A DNA stretch of 63,148 nt, the filler included, from Stramenopiles sp. TOSAG23-3 (Eukaryota), in assembly GCA_900128585.1 (NCBI GenBank). It is 6 parts of 6 records of this genome, joined end to end, with 100 filler letters (N's around TTAATTAATTAA, not from the genome) between each part and the next. Parts side by side here need not be neighbours in the genome. Positions count along the whole stretch, not along the records: positions 49,140 to 61,311 come from LT642704.1; positions 61,412 to 63,148 come from LT645465.1; 4 more parts are not named here. One strand, given 5' to 3'. The translations under genes were made by a program, and so were the position numbers. Shown here piece by piece: positions 50,723-61,515 of this stretch (the first letter of the stretch is position 1; every line of letters starts with the position of its first letter). Below the pieces are notes generated by a model. The model was not told the DNA's origin, did no database searches, and was given only the letters and a program-made list of their open reading frames with translations.

Positions 50723-51439
50723 TCAATCGTTATGCTCATGTTCCTGGTTCACGACCGGGACAGCCTCTTCTACTCTGATTTCCTCCCTGTATTCCCCACA
50801 CAGTCTCTTCAGTAAACTGGGCGCTTCCAACCATCGCTGGGTGTTCCACCCCCGAATTTCAGCTACCAATGGGTATACGTCTTCAAAAAAGTAGTAGATA
50901 TGCCCGACACCTATGCCAATCAAGTCGGTCATCAGGTTGTTACCCATCAAACCGGAGAAACACAATATTACCCAAGGCAAATACGGCGCCGTAAAGGTCA
51001 TCAGCCCAAACAATGTCATCTGTACGTAAGGGTTCCTCCGCCCCCAGATATACAGCATCATGAACGTGAGGGAATTGCTTAGAAAATGCACGTTTGCGTA
51101 TATTGCAATAATGCTCATGGAAACCGCCCCAAAGGATATCATCCATACGAAGTCGGCAGTTCGCCCCCGGAAACTATTCTCTTCCAACAAACGACAATAC
51201 CTCATTAAAAAGAACATATGAAAAACAAAATCAATACCAAACATCCCAAAGAAAAAGAAATTTGTAGCCAACCGCCACACTTCGCCTTCAAAAAAAATTG
51301 CGTTGTAATTGTAGTACAAGGAAAACGGAGAGACCATATCCAATGCACACGCCGCAGTAGTGAGAAACGCACCCGTTAAATACACTCGGGAAACGACCGG
51401 GATCTCCATATACCACTCCACTGGATTTGTTGGGTCCAT
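50723..51439 (-). CDS. Derlin (Der1 family, Derlin-2-like) ERAD component
   Basis: IPVVSRVY, EVWRLATNFFFFG, RYCRLLEENSFRGRTADF, YIWGRRNP, APYLPWV, GIGVGHIYYFFEDVYP; ATG at 51439. Confidence 0.95.
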   Translation of the reverse strand: MDPTNPVEWYMEIPVVSRVYLTGAFLTTAACALDMVSPFSLYYNYNAIFFEGEVWRLATNFFFFGMFGIDFVFHMFFLMRYCRLLEENSFRGRTADFVWMISFGAVSMSIIAIYANVHFLSNSLTFMMLYIWGRRNPYVQMTLFGLMTFTAPYLPWVILCFSGLMGNNLMTDLIGIGVGHIYYFFEDVYPLVAEIRGWNTQRWLEAPSLLKRLCGEYREEIRVEEAVPVVNQEHEHND

Positions 51440-52190
51440 ATTGCTCAGTGTTGTGTTGAAAACGGTGGTGCTAAGAGGGGGAAACAAACGCTTCAAGGAG
51501 CAAACCTGTTCGTTGCCAATTCGATACGTGGGCGTTTATTGACTTCAAACTGTTAAAATTTAAAAATGATCAAGAGAAAAGGGTTGTAAATGAAACTGAA
51601 GAAATAAAGAAAAATACAATACGCACATCTTTTTCTTCTTCTTTTTTTCTCTTCTTCTTCTTCTATCTCGTATTATTAAATAATACCATAGTAGTGAATA
51701 GTGAGTAGAGTTGTTTCTATAATAAAAAAATAAAACAGCAACACAACCTGAACCCCTCCTCCCTCCTCTTCTTTGTTTTCTTCTCCTTTTCTATTTTTCA
51801 TATATTAATATTGGATAGTATTGCATGCTCTAATAAATAAATAAGAAATCTAAATTTCCCAAATTAATATTACTGGAGGACGGACGGAGAAGAATATAGT
51901 TTAAAAAACTAACAAACAACTGCGTATTTCTATATATTCACATTTTTTATGCTGTGTTGATATTTTATAATGCTGTGTTGATATTTTAATAGAATTCAAA
52001 TAATAGATTGTTTTCTGCTTTTTTGTAGATTGCTTCGTGTCGATGATGGCTCCTGATAAAAATAGGGTTGGTAGTATTTACCATATAGTATTCGTAGGGT
52101 TATTTATTATCATATTTAAATTTCCCACTGCGCATAGACTATAACTGACTCTCATAATACACTTTTAAAAAAAAAACTACTCCGGTTGGC

Positions 52191-54956
52191 TTACCCAAAA
52201 TTACGACTGTAAGAGACTTGCCGAGACATGATCCGAAGCATTATCTTTTCGAACAACGCGGTAAGGCCTGGTTCCACACTGCTCATTTCTTCAAATTTGG
52301 ATTGGGACAACGACCAAAGGACAGTATCGTGGACTCGGGCAACCGCATGGTTCGTCCTGGCCTGGTTTAAGAAAAAATCAGCTTCGCCAAAAACGAAGCC
52401 TTTCCGAACAATAATTTCGTCTTCTGAATCGGTGGAGTCAGGAAGACTCAAGGTGATCTCTCCGCTCTCTACGACATACATTTTTTCAGAGGTCTCCCCT
52501 GCATGAAATACGGAATCGTCCAATGCTAGCTTCTGGGAAACCTCAAACCATCTTTCTATTCCCGAAAGCACACCGGCTTGTAACTCATCAACCCGGTGTT
52601 GGGATCGCGCCATTCGAAGTATTGCTGTCAAGAGCCTTCCATCATGGCTGCTTTTTGATCGGTCATACTTGGAGCGAAGTTTCGGGGATTTAAATTTCTC
52701 TATATGCTCGGAGATGCCCGTCACCGTTTCTTCTGCATGAAGCAAAGCCTTTTCCAGCGTAGGAAACCTTCCTGGTTCCCAGCGCTGAAGACCGTTTGAG
52801 TTCAGCAAAAAGGTGATGTCCACTGTGCACCCACTGGCAATGATGGCAATGCCATAAGTTTCGCATAATTTGTCCAGCACTAAAAAACATGTCCGTACAG
52901 CAGTTGTATCGATCCCGGTTACGCGCTGAAAATCAAGAACAACAAAACGGGTTGGCAGCATCTCACGTTCTATATCGCAATTCTTCACTCTGTTAGACAG
53001 GGGGTTACGGAGCGCATTATGTTTTTCCTCAGCGCGGGGGCTTCTGAATCCTTCGGCTCCGCCTTGCCTTTCCAAATCAAATAGCGACAAAACTGCATTG
53101 CTGCCAGGGCTTTTTGAATTAAGGCGAAAGTACCCCGAATCGCCCGAACCATTTGTGGCTGCTGGTTCCTTGCGACCTACCAGACTAGCGAAGTTGGGCT
53201 TCGCCCCCCCCATCGGGCTCAGAAGGGATGGTGTTGACATGTCTATGGCGCTCTGTCGCTCTGCAATTGCAGCTTCCGCGATAGACAAAAAGTCCGCCTT
53301 CTTGATTACACTAGAAGAGCGCATACGTTTCTGGTTCACAAGGATAGTTTTTTTCACCTCTTTCACAAGGTTAACTGCACTCCCGAAAAACAGGTAACCG
53401 TGGAGCTGCAGCGCACAAATTTCTCTATGTGCTTGAATAATCTTTTGTCTTTCGTCGTGGTAGGTTAAAATATTGCTTGTCTTTTTAATCTTGGAGACAA
53501 TCATCTTTGTTGTTTGTGAGTACGCGAAGACGAAATTGACCATAGCGAACACCATAGCAAAGCACATCCCTTCTTCCAGCCCATAGACGTTTATGAGCAC
53601 AAACGTCGAAAGTAAAACTAAATATTCCTTCCACAGCATTTTCTTCCTCGAATCTAGAATCCACTCAATCATTAGATCAAACGCAATGAACATTAACGTT
53701 GCCGCAAAAAAGAATTTCGGGACATAGCTCATCAGTGGAACAGGGACAATGACCAGCGCAATTTCAGCAAAAATTACGACAACGCCACAGATGCGGCTAT
53801 CGAGGTTTGCCCTGTACGTAAATATGGTTTGCGAGAATATATATGATCCGGTGTACCCGCCACATATTCCACTGATAACATTAGACCATCCTACGGTCAC
53901 CAACTCATGGTCAATTTTTAACGGGCGCCCCATATCCATTTCGATCGCACTAACATCTAGGCAAGAAGAGAAAGCCACGACGAAAGTCATCCCTACCCAT
54001 GTTGGAATCAGAGGCAACAACTGTTTATATTCGATTAAAGAAAAGTCAAAGAACTCAAACTCCGTCCAAAAGGGTTCGGCAGGACCGGTCGGGAGTGGAT
54101 CTAACCACCCATTTTCTCTAGCGGCTTCGAAGCTTGTGTTTGTGACAAGCAGGGTACCATAAAATAACGCCAGCATTCCAACGATGGTACCTGGCAGCGC
54201 AAAAATATGCTTACTTTTGTACGACACCCACAAAAAAATGGCCCCACCAATCAGACCTGGGACCACGTGCAGTATGTGTTCTTTGGTCGTAAATACTTTA
54301 CGGAATGCCTGAAGATCGGTTTGAATCATACCCGTAAACACCACGTTAGTGCATATATTCAGGCCTGCATCAAAACAAAACAGCCCAATGAAAGCAAGGT
54401 AACCGCCCACGACAGGTGCTGGCAAATATGATACCAGCGACGCCAGCTTCAGCTTTCCAATCAGAACCAAAGAAACGCCGAGCAAAGCAGTAGCGGCAGC
54501 AATCCCGAACAGTGTGGTTGCGACCACGCTGGGCATACTCCAGTTATGTTGCAGACCAAATGTTGCTAGAGATGTGGCCATGCTGGACAAGAATATAAGG
54601 CCTGCATCCTGCACCTGTCCAATAGCAAACGGTAGTGACGACTTGAAAGTGAATACAATCTGGTGTACGGCGCTGGAAAACAACACAAGCTTCGAGAGTT
54701 GTGGCCTGTACGGCCCGAATGATGGGTGGCTAAATATAATTGCCGCATAACCATACATGCAAGGTATTGTCAATATAGCATTTACTAGGCCATAAATAAT
54801 GCCGCTAGTAAATTTAGCCGCACCCCCGGCACCATTTTCCTCTAGAGCATGGTAGTTTCCGTCCGTAAGGTCTAGTCTAGGTAAAGGGACGCGACGACGC
54901 CGAACTTTTGGTTTCGCATCAGAACCACGGCTGACCGGCGATCGTAGGGAACTCAT
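52191..54956 (-). CDS. SulP/SLC26-fold transporter with STAS and C-terminal cNMP-binding-like domain (yeast Vsb1-like architecture)
   Basis: GQVQDAGLIFL, YLPAPVVGGYLAFIG, HELVTVGWSN..SG..GG.TGSY; STAS LQLHGYLFFGS...VVLDFQRVTGID; CNBD MYVVESGEI...VFGEADF. Confidence 0.9.
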   Translation of the reverse strand: MSSLRSPVSRGSDAKPKVRRRRVPLPRLDLTDGNYHALEENGAGGAAKFTSGIIYGLVNAILTIPCMYGYAAIIFSHPSFGPYRPQLSKLVLFSSAVHQIVFTFKSSLPFAIGQVQDAGLIFLSSMATSLATFGLQHNWSMPSVVATTLFGIAAATALLGVSLVLIGKLKLASLVSYLPAPVVGGYLAFIGLFCFDAGLNICTNVVFTGMIQTDLQAFRKVFTTKEHILHVVPGLIGGAIFLWVSYKSKHIFALPGTIVGMLALFYGTLLVTNTSFEAARENGWLDPLPTGPAEPFWTEFEFFDFSLIEYKQLLPLIPTWVGMTFVVAFSSCLDVSAIEMDMGRPLKIDHELVTVGWSNVISGICGGYTGSYIFSQTIFTYRANLDSRICGVVVIFAEIALVIVPVPLMSYVPKFFFAATLMFIAFDLMIEWILDSRKKMLWKEYLVLLSTFVLINVYGLEEGMCFAMVFAMVNFVFAYSQTTKMIVSKIKKTSNILTYHDERQKIIQAHREICALQLHGYLFFGSAVNLVKEVKKTILVNQKRMRSSSVIKKADFLSIAEAAIAERQSAIDMSTPSLLSPMGGAKPNFASLVGRKEPAATNGSGDSGYFRLNSKSPGSNAVLSLFDLERQGGAEGFRSPRAEEKHNALRNPLSNRVKNCDIEREMLPTRFVVLDFQRVTGIDTTAVRTCFLVLDKLCETYGIAIIASGCTVDITFLLNSNGLQRWEPGRFPTLEKALLHAEETVTGISEHIEKFKSPKLRSKYDRSKSSHDGRLLTAILRMARSQHRVDELQAGVLSGIERWFEVSQKLALDDSVFHAGETSEKMYVVESGEITLSLPDSTDSEDEIIVRKGFVFGEADFFLNQARTNHAVARVHDTVLWSLSQSKFEEMSSVEPGLTALFEKIMLRIMSRQVSYSRNFG

Positions 54957-55372
54957 GGCTGTACACTAAGTTAACAGTTCATGCTGTTAATTATCTTATG
55001 CCGATCTTTCTTTTCTGCGTGCATTTATATTTTTTAAAACTTGAGAAACATTGATAATTCAATATAATAGAAAAGTTCTAGAAAAAGGGGATGACAAAAA
55101 ATAAAGATGTCGTCATCGTCGTCGTCGTCGTCCAACTTTTCCAACCCCACGACGACGACGACGTTATTTTATATTATTTTTTAATAAAAAATATTTCTAA
55201 CGATGATGACGCATGACGCGCATATTTAAAAAAAATAAAAGTAGCTTGTGTGGCATCATATATTTTACCATCAATTTAACATTGGAATAGCATAAGAAAT
55301 AATGTACAATAATGATTTTCAATTTTATCCTAATGTGGTGCTTCTACTTTTTTGTTGCCTACCGTATGATTT

Positions 55373-58300
55373 TTAATGACGCAAATTTTCATTTTGAGTC
55401 GGGTGGAACATTTTGACGATGAACTGTTTCAGATTGATAATCTTCTTGTACATGTCATGCTGGGCCGAAGGAGATGGTAAAAATTGGTTCAGTGCCCCAA
55501 GAACATTATCTGCGGGCCCACTTGGACGGTTGGACCCAAAATACGAAAGGACAACTCCTTTCAGAAGAGCAGCGATGTGGCGGTTTGTGAAATATGGCAT
55601 GTGGCTAAAACATCGCAGCAGGACGTTGTAACATTTTTTTTTCTCTGCTTCAGCGCCTCGCAGAATCGACAGAGATTTTTCATTTGCAAAGGTACTCTGC
55701 AACTCATCCTTCTGGAGAAGTGGCTGAATAAAGAAGGTCAAAGACACCAGTTCCAAAATCGACTTTTCTTCTGATGCGAGTGTGGGCATGAGGTAGCATT
55801 TGTCTAGCTGCCGCAGAACACCAGAAATTACGTTCGAGTAAAGAGTCGATATAAATTCTACGGAAAACGATGCCTCCGCCCAAAGCCGTCTCCACTGCCC
55901 GATCAGAACTATGATCGATTCTCGCACGACCGGCAACAATTTTTGCACTTCTGTTTTGCTTTGGAACCGATTAATCTCGCGAAGGATCGCTTGGAAAACG
56001 TTGTTGTTGGGGAGCGTCCCATCGTCGCTTTTTAAGGCTCTGCAAATGTTCTTCAACAAAACAATAATGCTTTCTCTATGGTGTACGGAGGGGTTCGGCT
56101 CCCCGACCATTCGATCTATGGTAGAAATAAACGATTGGGTAAACATTGCTATCGTTTTCCCGCCATTGTGGCCCGGGTTTATTGCGATGACAATGAAACA
56201 TTTCAACAAAATGGCCCCGGTCTTTGAAAATGCCGGGTGGTGCGGGTTTTTAAAGAGTGTTGTGATAGTATTTGGGTACGTTCGTATACCCCTTGAATTC
56301 AGTATTTCGAGCAGTATCAATGGCCCGACAGGTTTTGTACTACTGCCAGCAAAGGTCTCGTTGATCCATTTACATATAATATCTTCCCATATCTTGATCC
56401 TCGCCTCTTCTTCTTCTGCCACGGCAGGGTTTAAAGATACAGCAGCAATGGACCCAAACGCTCTCAACGCGCTGTGAGAATAATTGCAATGTGCCATCGT
56501 AGATTTAAATTCGTTTATTGCAGCAAAATATTTGGGCGCCTCTTTTACGAGCGCTTTAACATCTTCGTCTAATTGCTTTCTAATCTTTTGCTGGGCCCGT
56601 AAAACTTCGATATCTAGAATCATATCGGTTTCAGAATTCATATTCTCAGAGGGCCATATGTTGGTAAAGGGCGACAGGATTTTATTCACTAGTGATACCA
56701 CAACTTCGAAGTCGGCGCGGTAAAATAACTTGAGTCGTGAGACCAGCAATAATATACTGTCGTGAACAAACCCGTGCTCCCCAAAGCGGAAGCCCCAGTT
56801 CCCTTGCAATAATTTTGAAGCGCCCGGGTTACTTCTACCAATATCCACTATAGATCGCAGGCAGTCGAGTTCCATGCGCACTAAACGCTGATACCGCTCA
56901 TATACATATCGTGTAAAATCATTCGCATCCTTTGATGCTATTTTCGGGGCATCGTTAGCTGTCACACGTATCATTCGAAGCAGTTCGCTGCCACATCGCG
57001 CTGCTGATGAAATGGGTTGGTGGGTGGCATAATTCCAAGGTAATTTCTGGTGGAGTGCGAAGAAAATCGCCCAACCTTGAACACAAACAGCCCGCGCTTC
57101 TGTGTCACTTGCATTTACGTTCAATAGTTTCGACATGTATTTTGTAAGTGTTTTCAACCCAAAACGACTTAATTCTTCCGTCTCACTGCATGATATTGCC
57201 AGCGTCAGTATCAGTTCAACGACAGACCGCAATCCGTATATAGTTCCGGGTTTATCCTCACGATAGTGGACCACGACGTCTTCATCTTCGTCTTTTTCAA
57301 GCCGAAAAAGCGAAGCAGGTGCTTTCATTTTGTGCAGCATACGAAAATACGGGTTCAGTGCCTTCTTTCGGGAACTGACTGGCGTACGCAGCAGTTGCGC
57401 CAGAATGCACTTGCAGGCGCATGTACTTATTGAATCACCTGTTCCAAACGGAACCGATCGCGCCGAGTTGTCCCTTGTAAAGAATGGGAACACTCTATCG
57501 TTTTCCAATAAGCCCACTATATATGGGGGGAACGATGAAGTGCACAAGCTTGGGCGAGGCGTCGGGGGTATTGCCGGAAATACGGTGTTGCAGTGTCTGC
57601 GAGCTTTGTCGACAGCAGAACCAAGGCACCGTTTGTGCTTGTCATGGCAAACTTTTGCATGGTGAAGGATACTATCGCTTATGTCTAAATTGAACACTTT
57701 CATGTGCAGCCGTTGCCACAACTTGAAGCTAAAACCGCTGTTTAATTTACCCAAATGACTGCCCATCGATGCACTAAGCGAATTAACGCAGTGAGTAACA
57801 CGCGACATAATTTTGTGGGTGTATCGCCACGCACTATCGTAGGGCACAGGGAAGCTTTGACCCGGAGAGGACATTGAAAAATAAGAATTCTGCCCGGGTG
57901 CCAATGGCGGAGAGTGTTGAAACTCGAGCCACGAGAATGCTAATGTTTCAAGTAAATTCCATGCGCCTGGGCCTTGGCAGTGCAACTGAACATAATCATT
58001 AGCATGCTGCTGTAATAAACAATCCGTGTCTACTACTAATAGAAAGAGGTCCCATGCAACTTCTATTTTACCTTCATTCCCGATAACCGTCGGATGTTTT
58101 GCAGCTAATTTCTTGCCGCCGTCTTGATACCAACCCAACAAGGCCGCGTCTGGACGTAGCTGTTGCATCGGGTGAAGCGGCATATGGTAAATATCTTGCC
58201 ACATGAACCTCTCCATGATTTTGTTCCAGACGCCTTCGGTCTTCCGCATATAAAAGAGCGAGCATGCTAATAACTGGACCGGATGACTGAGCTGGTTGTT

Positions 58301-61123
58301 GTTACTGCCGAACCCCATCATGGGCACGGACGTGTCGGCGATCAGTATGGCCAACGTCCGAAGGGATATTCTACATCGGTGATCCTGCACTTGCTCGTCC
58401 GTGCAGACCGAGACCCACTTCATTGCGGAACAAAAATATTCAATGCAAATGGAGACGAACAATGGGTCTGCTTCTTCTTTCTGCATTATTGCTCCGATCA
58501 TTGACCCCCTGTTAGCAAAAGCCCCTCTGTTGTTCTCAAGCCCGGCAATATGCTCTAGCAGCACGTGCATCGAGGTACCGCTCGCGTTTGATCTTTCCGT
58601 GGAATCTTTTATCAAGTAAGTTAAAGCGTAATGGTCCATGATACTTAAAAACGCCCTGCAATATTGCGCAACGCTTGGGCTTAAGCGGGAACTGTTTTCA
58701 AGAAGGGCATCGCCAAAGTAGTCAAAGAGCTGAGGTATTGCACTCTTCATCTTGTTGTGGTCGGCAATGTTTGCCTTTGCATTGAATAGTGCGGTACAGA
58801 ATTCACTGCTTGTGTTACAATGGCGCTGAAAGAGTGAGTGGGCTTTATCGGGGGCGTCCAAGCATCGGAAAATGGCGGCTCCGGCGTCACGCATGGCGCG
58901 ATAGCGTGCGCCTGGATCGATATTTTTAGGGAAATCTCTCTTGCTCTCTTCCGCCACAAACCGGTCATATTCGTTGCTTTCAACAATGGCGGATACTACC
59001 CTAGCTGCCTCGACACCCAGCTGCGCGCTCGTCGCATTGGGGACGCTGTCGGTGATGTACACGGGGGCGGCATCACGGTTGTCAGTTTCCCGTTCATTGG
59101 TTTTCACATATTTAGCTCGGCTCAACAGGTCTAAAAGCTTGTCAACGCGACGTTCCACCTCACGAGTATGGTGGCGAATAATTTTCATAGTTTTTGTGGG
59201 AATATCCATCGATGGCAATAGCGAGCGGTCTGTTTGCAAGGTTTTCTTCATGGGACCGAGCTGGTCCACAAACCGTTGGTACTCCTCAAGCCATCGGTGT
59301 AACTCCGAGGGCCCGCCTACGTTTGAGACGCGGTCCAATGGTTTGCACGATACTTCCCCGCCGCAAAATAGTTTGACAACCGGGGCCAGCACGTCCAACT
59401 GGGAACGATTTTCTTGAATATCAAGTTCGATAGTTTCTTCCCCTGTGGCCGGCGCCGTGGCACTGGGCAGCGCTACTATTGCAGTAGCAACTTTCGCCCG
59501 TTTGGTATGCCGCGGTTTTGCACTAGTCCGTGCGGCTGTTGCCCTGTGAGTCTCCTGCGCGCGAGATCTCCGCTTGTTTTTCCTCCTCTTGTGCACCGGT
59601 GAATCGGAAGATGAGTCGTTTTGGGTTGAGCGCGCAAGATATTCTTGCTGGAGCATTTTCCCATAATTATCACGCCGGTCGCTGCATTGCTGGAACAAGG
59701 ACTGGAAGTTTGACCATTTTGTTATGATTGTTTCGTATCGATTATCAAGTCGTATAGTGTCTCGGGTGTCGTCTTTCTTTTTTCTGTCAATCTGATTGAA
59801 TATAAATTGAAGCCTGTCCAAACCCGTCTGAAAGACAGCTTTCCTAGTTTCAATTTTGGTCTCCCTTCGCCCAAACCTTCGAGCGAACGTTGCGTCGGAT
59901 TGAATGCAATTCAGCAGTTCAATTTTACTTTGAAAGTACTCCAACCTATTTTCCAAGTAAGTCGCGCACACGTTTCCTTCCTTTAGGGTGCTTTTCAACT
60001 TCATGCGCCGAACGGATTTAGTGTAAGCTTTCGGCACGGTCGGGTGCATGTAACTGCTGATATTCCCCTGGTTTTCGTCCCCTTCGGCATAGCCGTGAGA
60101 CTCTCCCTGAATGAAATTGTCGTTTGACACACGGCGCCTGACTCGATTTGACAGCGCTGACGGGGCCGGGTCCAGGTCCGTATCGCTGGATCTCCTCTTT
60201 TTCGTGGAACGGGCCGACGTTCCTGCACGCAACATGCTTGCAAGGGGAACGTCATCGTCCTCGTCCTCGTCGTCGGCAACGTTGCCGCTGGGGTTGTATT
60301 TCGGACCGGTCGCGGGTGCCATTGCAACGGCCGTGGTGGTGTCCAGGGCAGCCGGAAATCCATTATCACCAGATTTTGCAGCGGCGCTAACCTCACTACT
60401 TGGCTTCGCACTACTTTTCTTCAAAAATTCGGTCAGCGGCATGTTGCTCTCCTCGTCGTCCGACGAGGATATTTCTGCAATGTCAATTGTAGGTATTGTT
60501 TGGTCGGCCTCGTCTTCGTCGGACGAGGAGGCAGCCGACATATCACCACCGTTTCGCCTCGAATCGGTGCCGTCGACAACGCCTCCATTTGCCTCGATTC
60601 GCATCCTTCGCACTTCCTCCTCGAGTGCTTCCAAATAGCTTCGACGGTCCAAAACTTTAGAAAAGTCTATCGTCGGTTCCCAGGCACGACCGGTAGCGGG
60701 GTCGTACAGGCGCCGTTGCCTGTGTTCTCGTTTGCCGACGTTATTTACATCTTTTGTGTGGACATATTTAGGACTGATTTTTATCTCCCTGCCGCCCACG
60801 ACATGGTATTTGACATCCACCGTACCATCCTCGCGTATTTTCGTCACAAAACCTACCCCACCAGGCTTATTAATCCCTGGCCACATTCTACGCTCTACGG
60901 TCACAACCATGCCAACATGAAGGTCCTCTACCGCGTTCTCTTCTTCGCTTTCTGAAGATTCACTTGCACCATGCGCATTACTGTCCTCGATTGCAGATTC
61001 AATTATACTATTTAATACTTCTGCCAAAGCGCTTACGTCGCCCCCTGACCCCACCCCCCACCCGTTGCCGGTTTGCCCGCCTGTCTCTTCCGACGTCGCT
61101 CCCTCCAATGAGACTGACAACAT
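55373..61123 (-). CDS. Large protein (~1916 aa): N-terminal Tudor/SH3-like module, disordered acidic region, helical C-terminus tentatively MMS22L/Mus7-like
   Basis: Uninterrupted ORF; beta-barrel-like VGMVVTVERRMWPGINKPGGVGFVTKI..GTVDVKY; LILTLA...SKLLNVNASDTEARAVCVQGW recalls Mus7/MMS22 (weak, from memory); first ATG at 61123. Confidence 0.65.
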   Translation of the reverse strand: MLSVSLEGATSEETGGQTGNGWGVGSGGDVSALAEVLNSIIESAIEDSNAHGASESSESEEENAVEDLHVGMVVTVERRMWPGINKPGGVGFVTKIREDGTVDVKYHVVGGREIKISPKYVHTKDVNNVGKREHRQRRLYDPATGRAWEPTIDFSKVLDRRSYLEALEEEVRRMRIEANGGVVDGTDSRRNGGDMSAASSSDEDEADQTIPTIDIAEISSSDDEESNMPLTEFLKKSSAKPSSEVSAAAKSGDNGFPAALDTTTAVAMAPATGPKYNPSGNVADDEDEDDDVPLASMLRAGTSARSTKKRRSSDTDLDPAPSALSNRVRRRVSNDNFIQGESHGYAEGDENQGNISSYMHPTVPKAYTKSVRRMKLKSTLKEGNVCATYLENRLEYFQSKIELLNCIQSDATFARRFGRRETKIETRKAVFQTGLDRLQFIFNQIDRKKKDDTRDTIRLDNRYETIITKWSNFQSLFQQCSDRRDNYGKMLQQEYLARSTQNDSSSDSPVHKRRKNKRRSRAQETHRATAARTSAKPRHTKRAKVATAIVALPSATAPATGEETIELDIQENRSQLDVLAPVVKLFCGGEVSCKPLDRVSNVGGPSELHRWLEEYQRFVDQLGPMKKTLQTDRSLLPSMDIPTKTMKIIRHHTREVERRVDKLLDLLSRAKYVKTNERETDNRDAAPVYITDSVPNATSAQLGVEAARVVSAIVESNEYDRFVAEESKRDFPKNIDPGARYRAMRDAGAAIFRCLDAPDKAHSLFQRHCNTSSEFCTALFNAKANIADHNKMKSAIPQLFDYFGDALLENSSRLSPSVAQYCRAFLSIMDHYALTYLIKDSTERSNASGTSMHVLLEHIAGLENNRGAFANRGSMIGAIMQKEEADPLFVSICIEYFCSAMKWVSVCTDEQVQDHRCRISLRTLAILIADTSVPMMGFGSNNNQLSHPVQLLACSLFYMRKTEGVWNKIMERFMWQDIYHMPLHPMQQLRPDAALLGWYQDGGKKLAAKHPTVIGNEGKIEVAWDLFLLVVDTDCLLQQHANDYVQLHCQGPGAWNLLETLAFSWLEFQHSPPLAPGQNSYFSMSSPGQSFPVPYDSAWRYTHKIMSRVTHCVNSLSASMGSHLGKLNSGFSFKLWQRLHMKVFNLDISDSILHHAKVCHDKHKRCLGSAVDKARRHCNTVFPAIPPTPRPSLCTSSFPPYIVGLLENDRVFPFFTRDNSARSVPFGTGDSISTCACKCILAQLLRTPVSSRKKALNPYFRMLHKMKAPASLFRLEKDEDEDVVVHYREDKPGTIYGLRSVVELILTLAISCSETEELSRFGLKTLTKYMSKLLNVNASDTEARAVCVQGWAIFFALHQKLPWNYATHQPISSAARCGSELLRMIRVTANDAPKIASKDANDFTRYVYERYQRLVRMELDCLRSIVDIGRSNPGASKLLQGNWGFRFGEHGFVHDSILLLVSRLKLFYRADFEVVVSLVNKILSPFTNIWPSENMNSETDMILDIEVLRAQQKIRKQLDEDVKALVKEAPKYFAAINEFKSTMAHCNYSHSALRAFGSIAAVSLNPAVAEEEEARIKIWEDIICKWINETFAGSSTKPVGPLILLEILNSRGIRTYPNTITTLFKNPHHPAFSKTGAILLKCFIVIAINPGHNGGKTIAMFTQSFISTIDRMVGEPNPSVHHRESIIVLLKNICRALKSDDGTLPNNNVFQAILREINRFQSKTEVQKLLPVVRESIIVLIGQWRRLWAEASFSVEFISTLYSNVISGVLRQLDKCYLMPTLASEEKSILELVSLTFFIQPLLQKDELQSTFANEKSLSILRGAEAEKKKCYNVLLRCFSHMPYFTNRHIAALLKGVVLSYFGSNRPSGPADNVLGALNQFLPSPSAQHDMYKKIINLKQFIVKMFHPTQNENLRH

Positions 61124-61311
61124 GGGCAACAACCGACACGTGCTTCCAAAACAATAATGAAATTCCTATATATCTGTGTATTTATATGAGACTTATCGCT
61201 CTGTTTAAGAGTAAAAAGTCCATGCTCAATATTTTACGTGTACTTCAAAAACTGATTTAATCATACAACCTCTCCCAATAATATGACAATTTCAATTTTT
61301 TTATATATAAT

Positions 61312-61411
61312 NNNNNNNNNNNNNNNNNNNNNNNNNNNNNNNNNNNNNNNNNNNNTTAATTAATTAANNNNNNNNNNNNNNNNNNNNNNNNNNNNNNNNN
61401 NNNNNNNNNNN
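61312..61411. other. Artificial contig linker
   Basis: N44-TTAATTAATTAA-N44. Confidence 0.98.
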
Positions 61412-61515
61412 AGTACTACTACTTTCCGAAAGACTTCCGAATTAGGGAAGAAAGTTACAAGTAGAAATTAACTCAACTACAGGATTCTTTGCAAACGAAT
61501 TCTATATTATTTCTG

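Noticed and set aside
51950-51990. Tandem ATGCTGTGTTGATATTTT duplication
   Set aside because: Simple local slippage duplication; only superficial similarity to the dispersed element core
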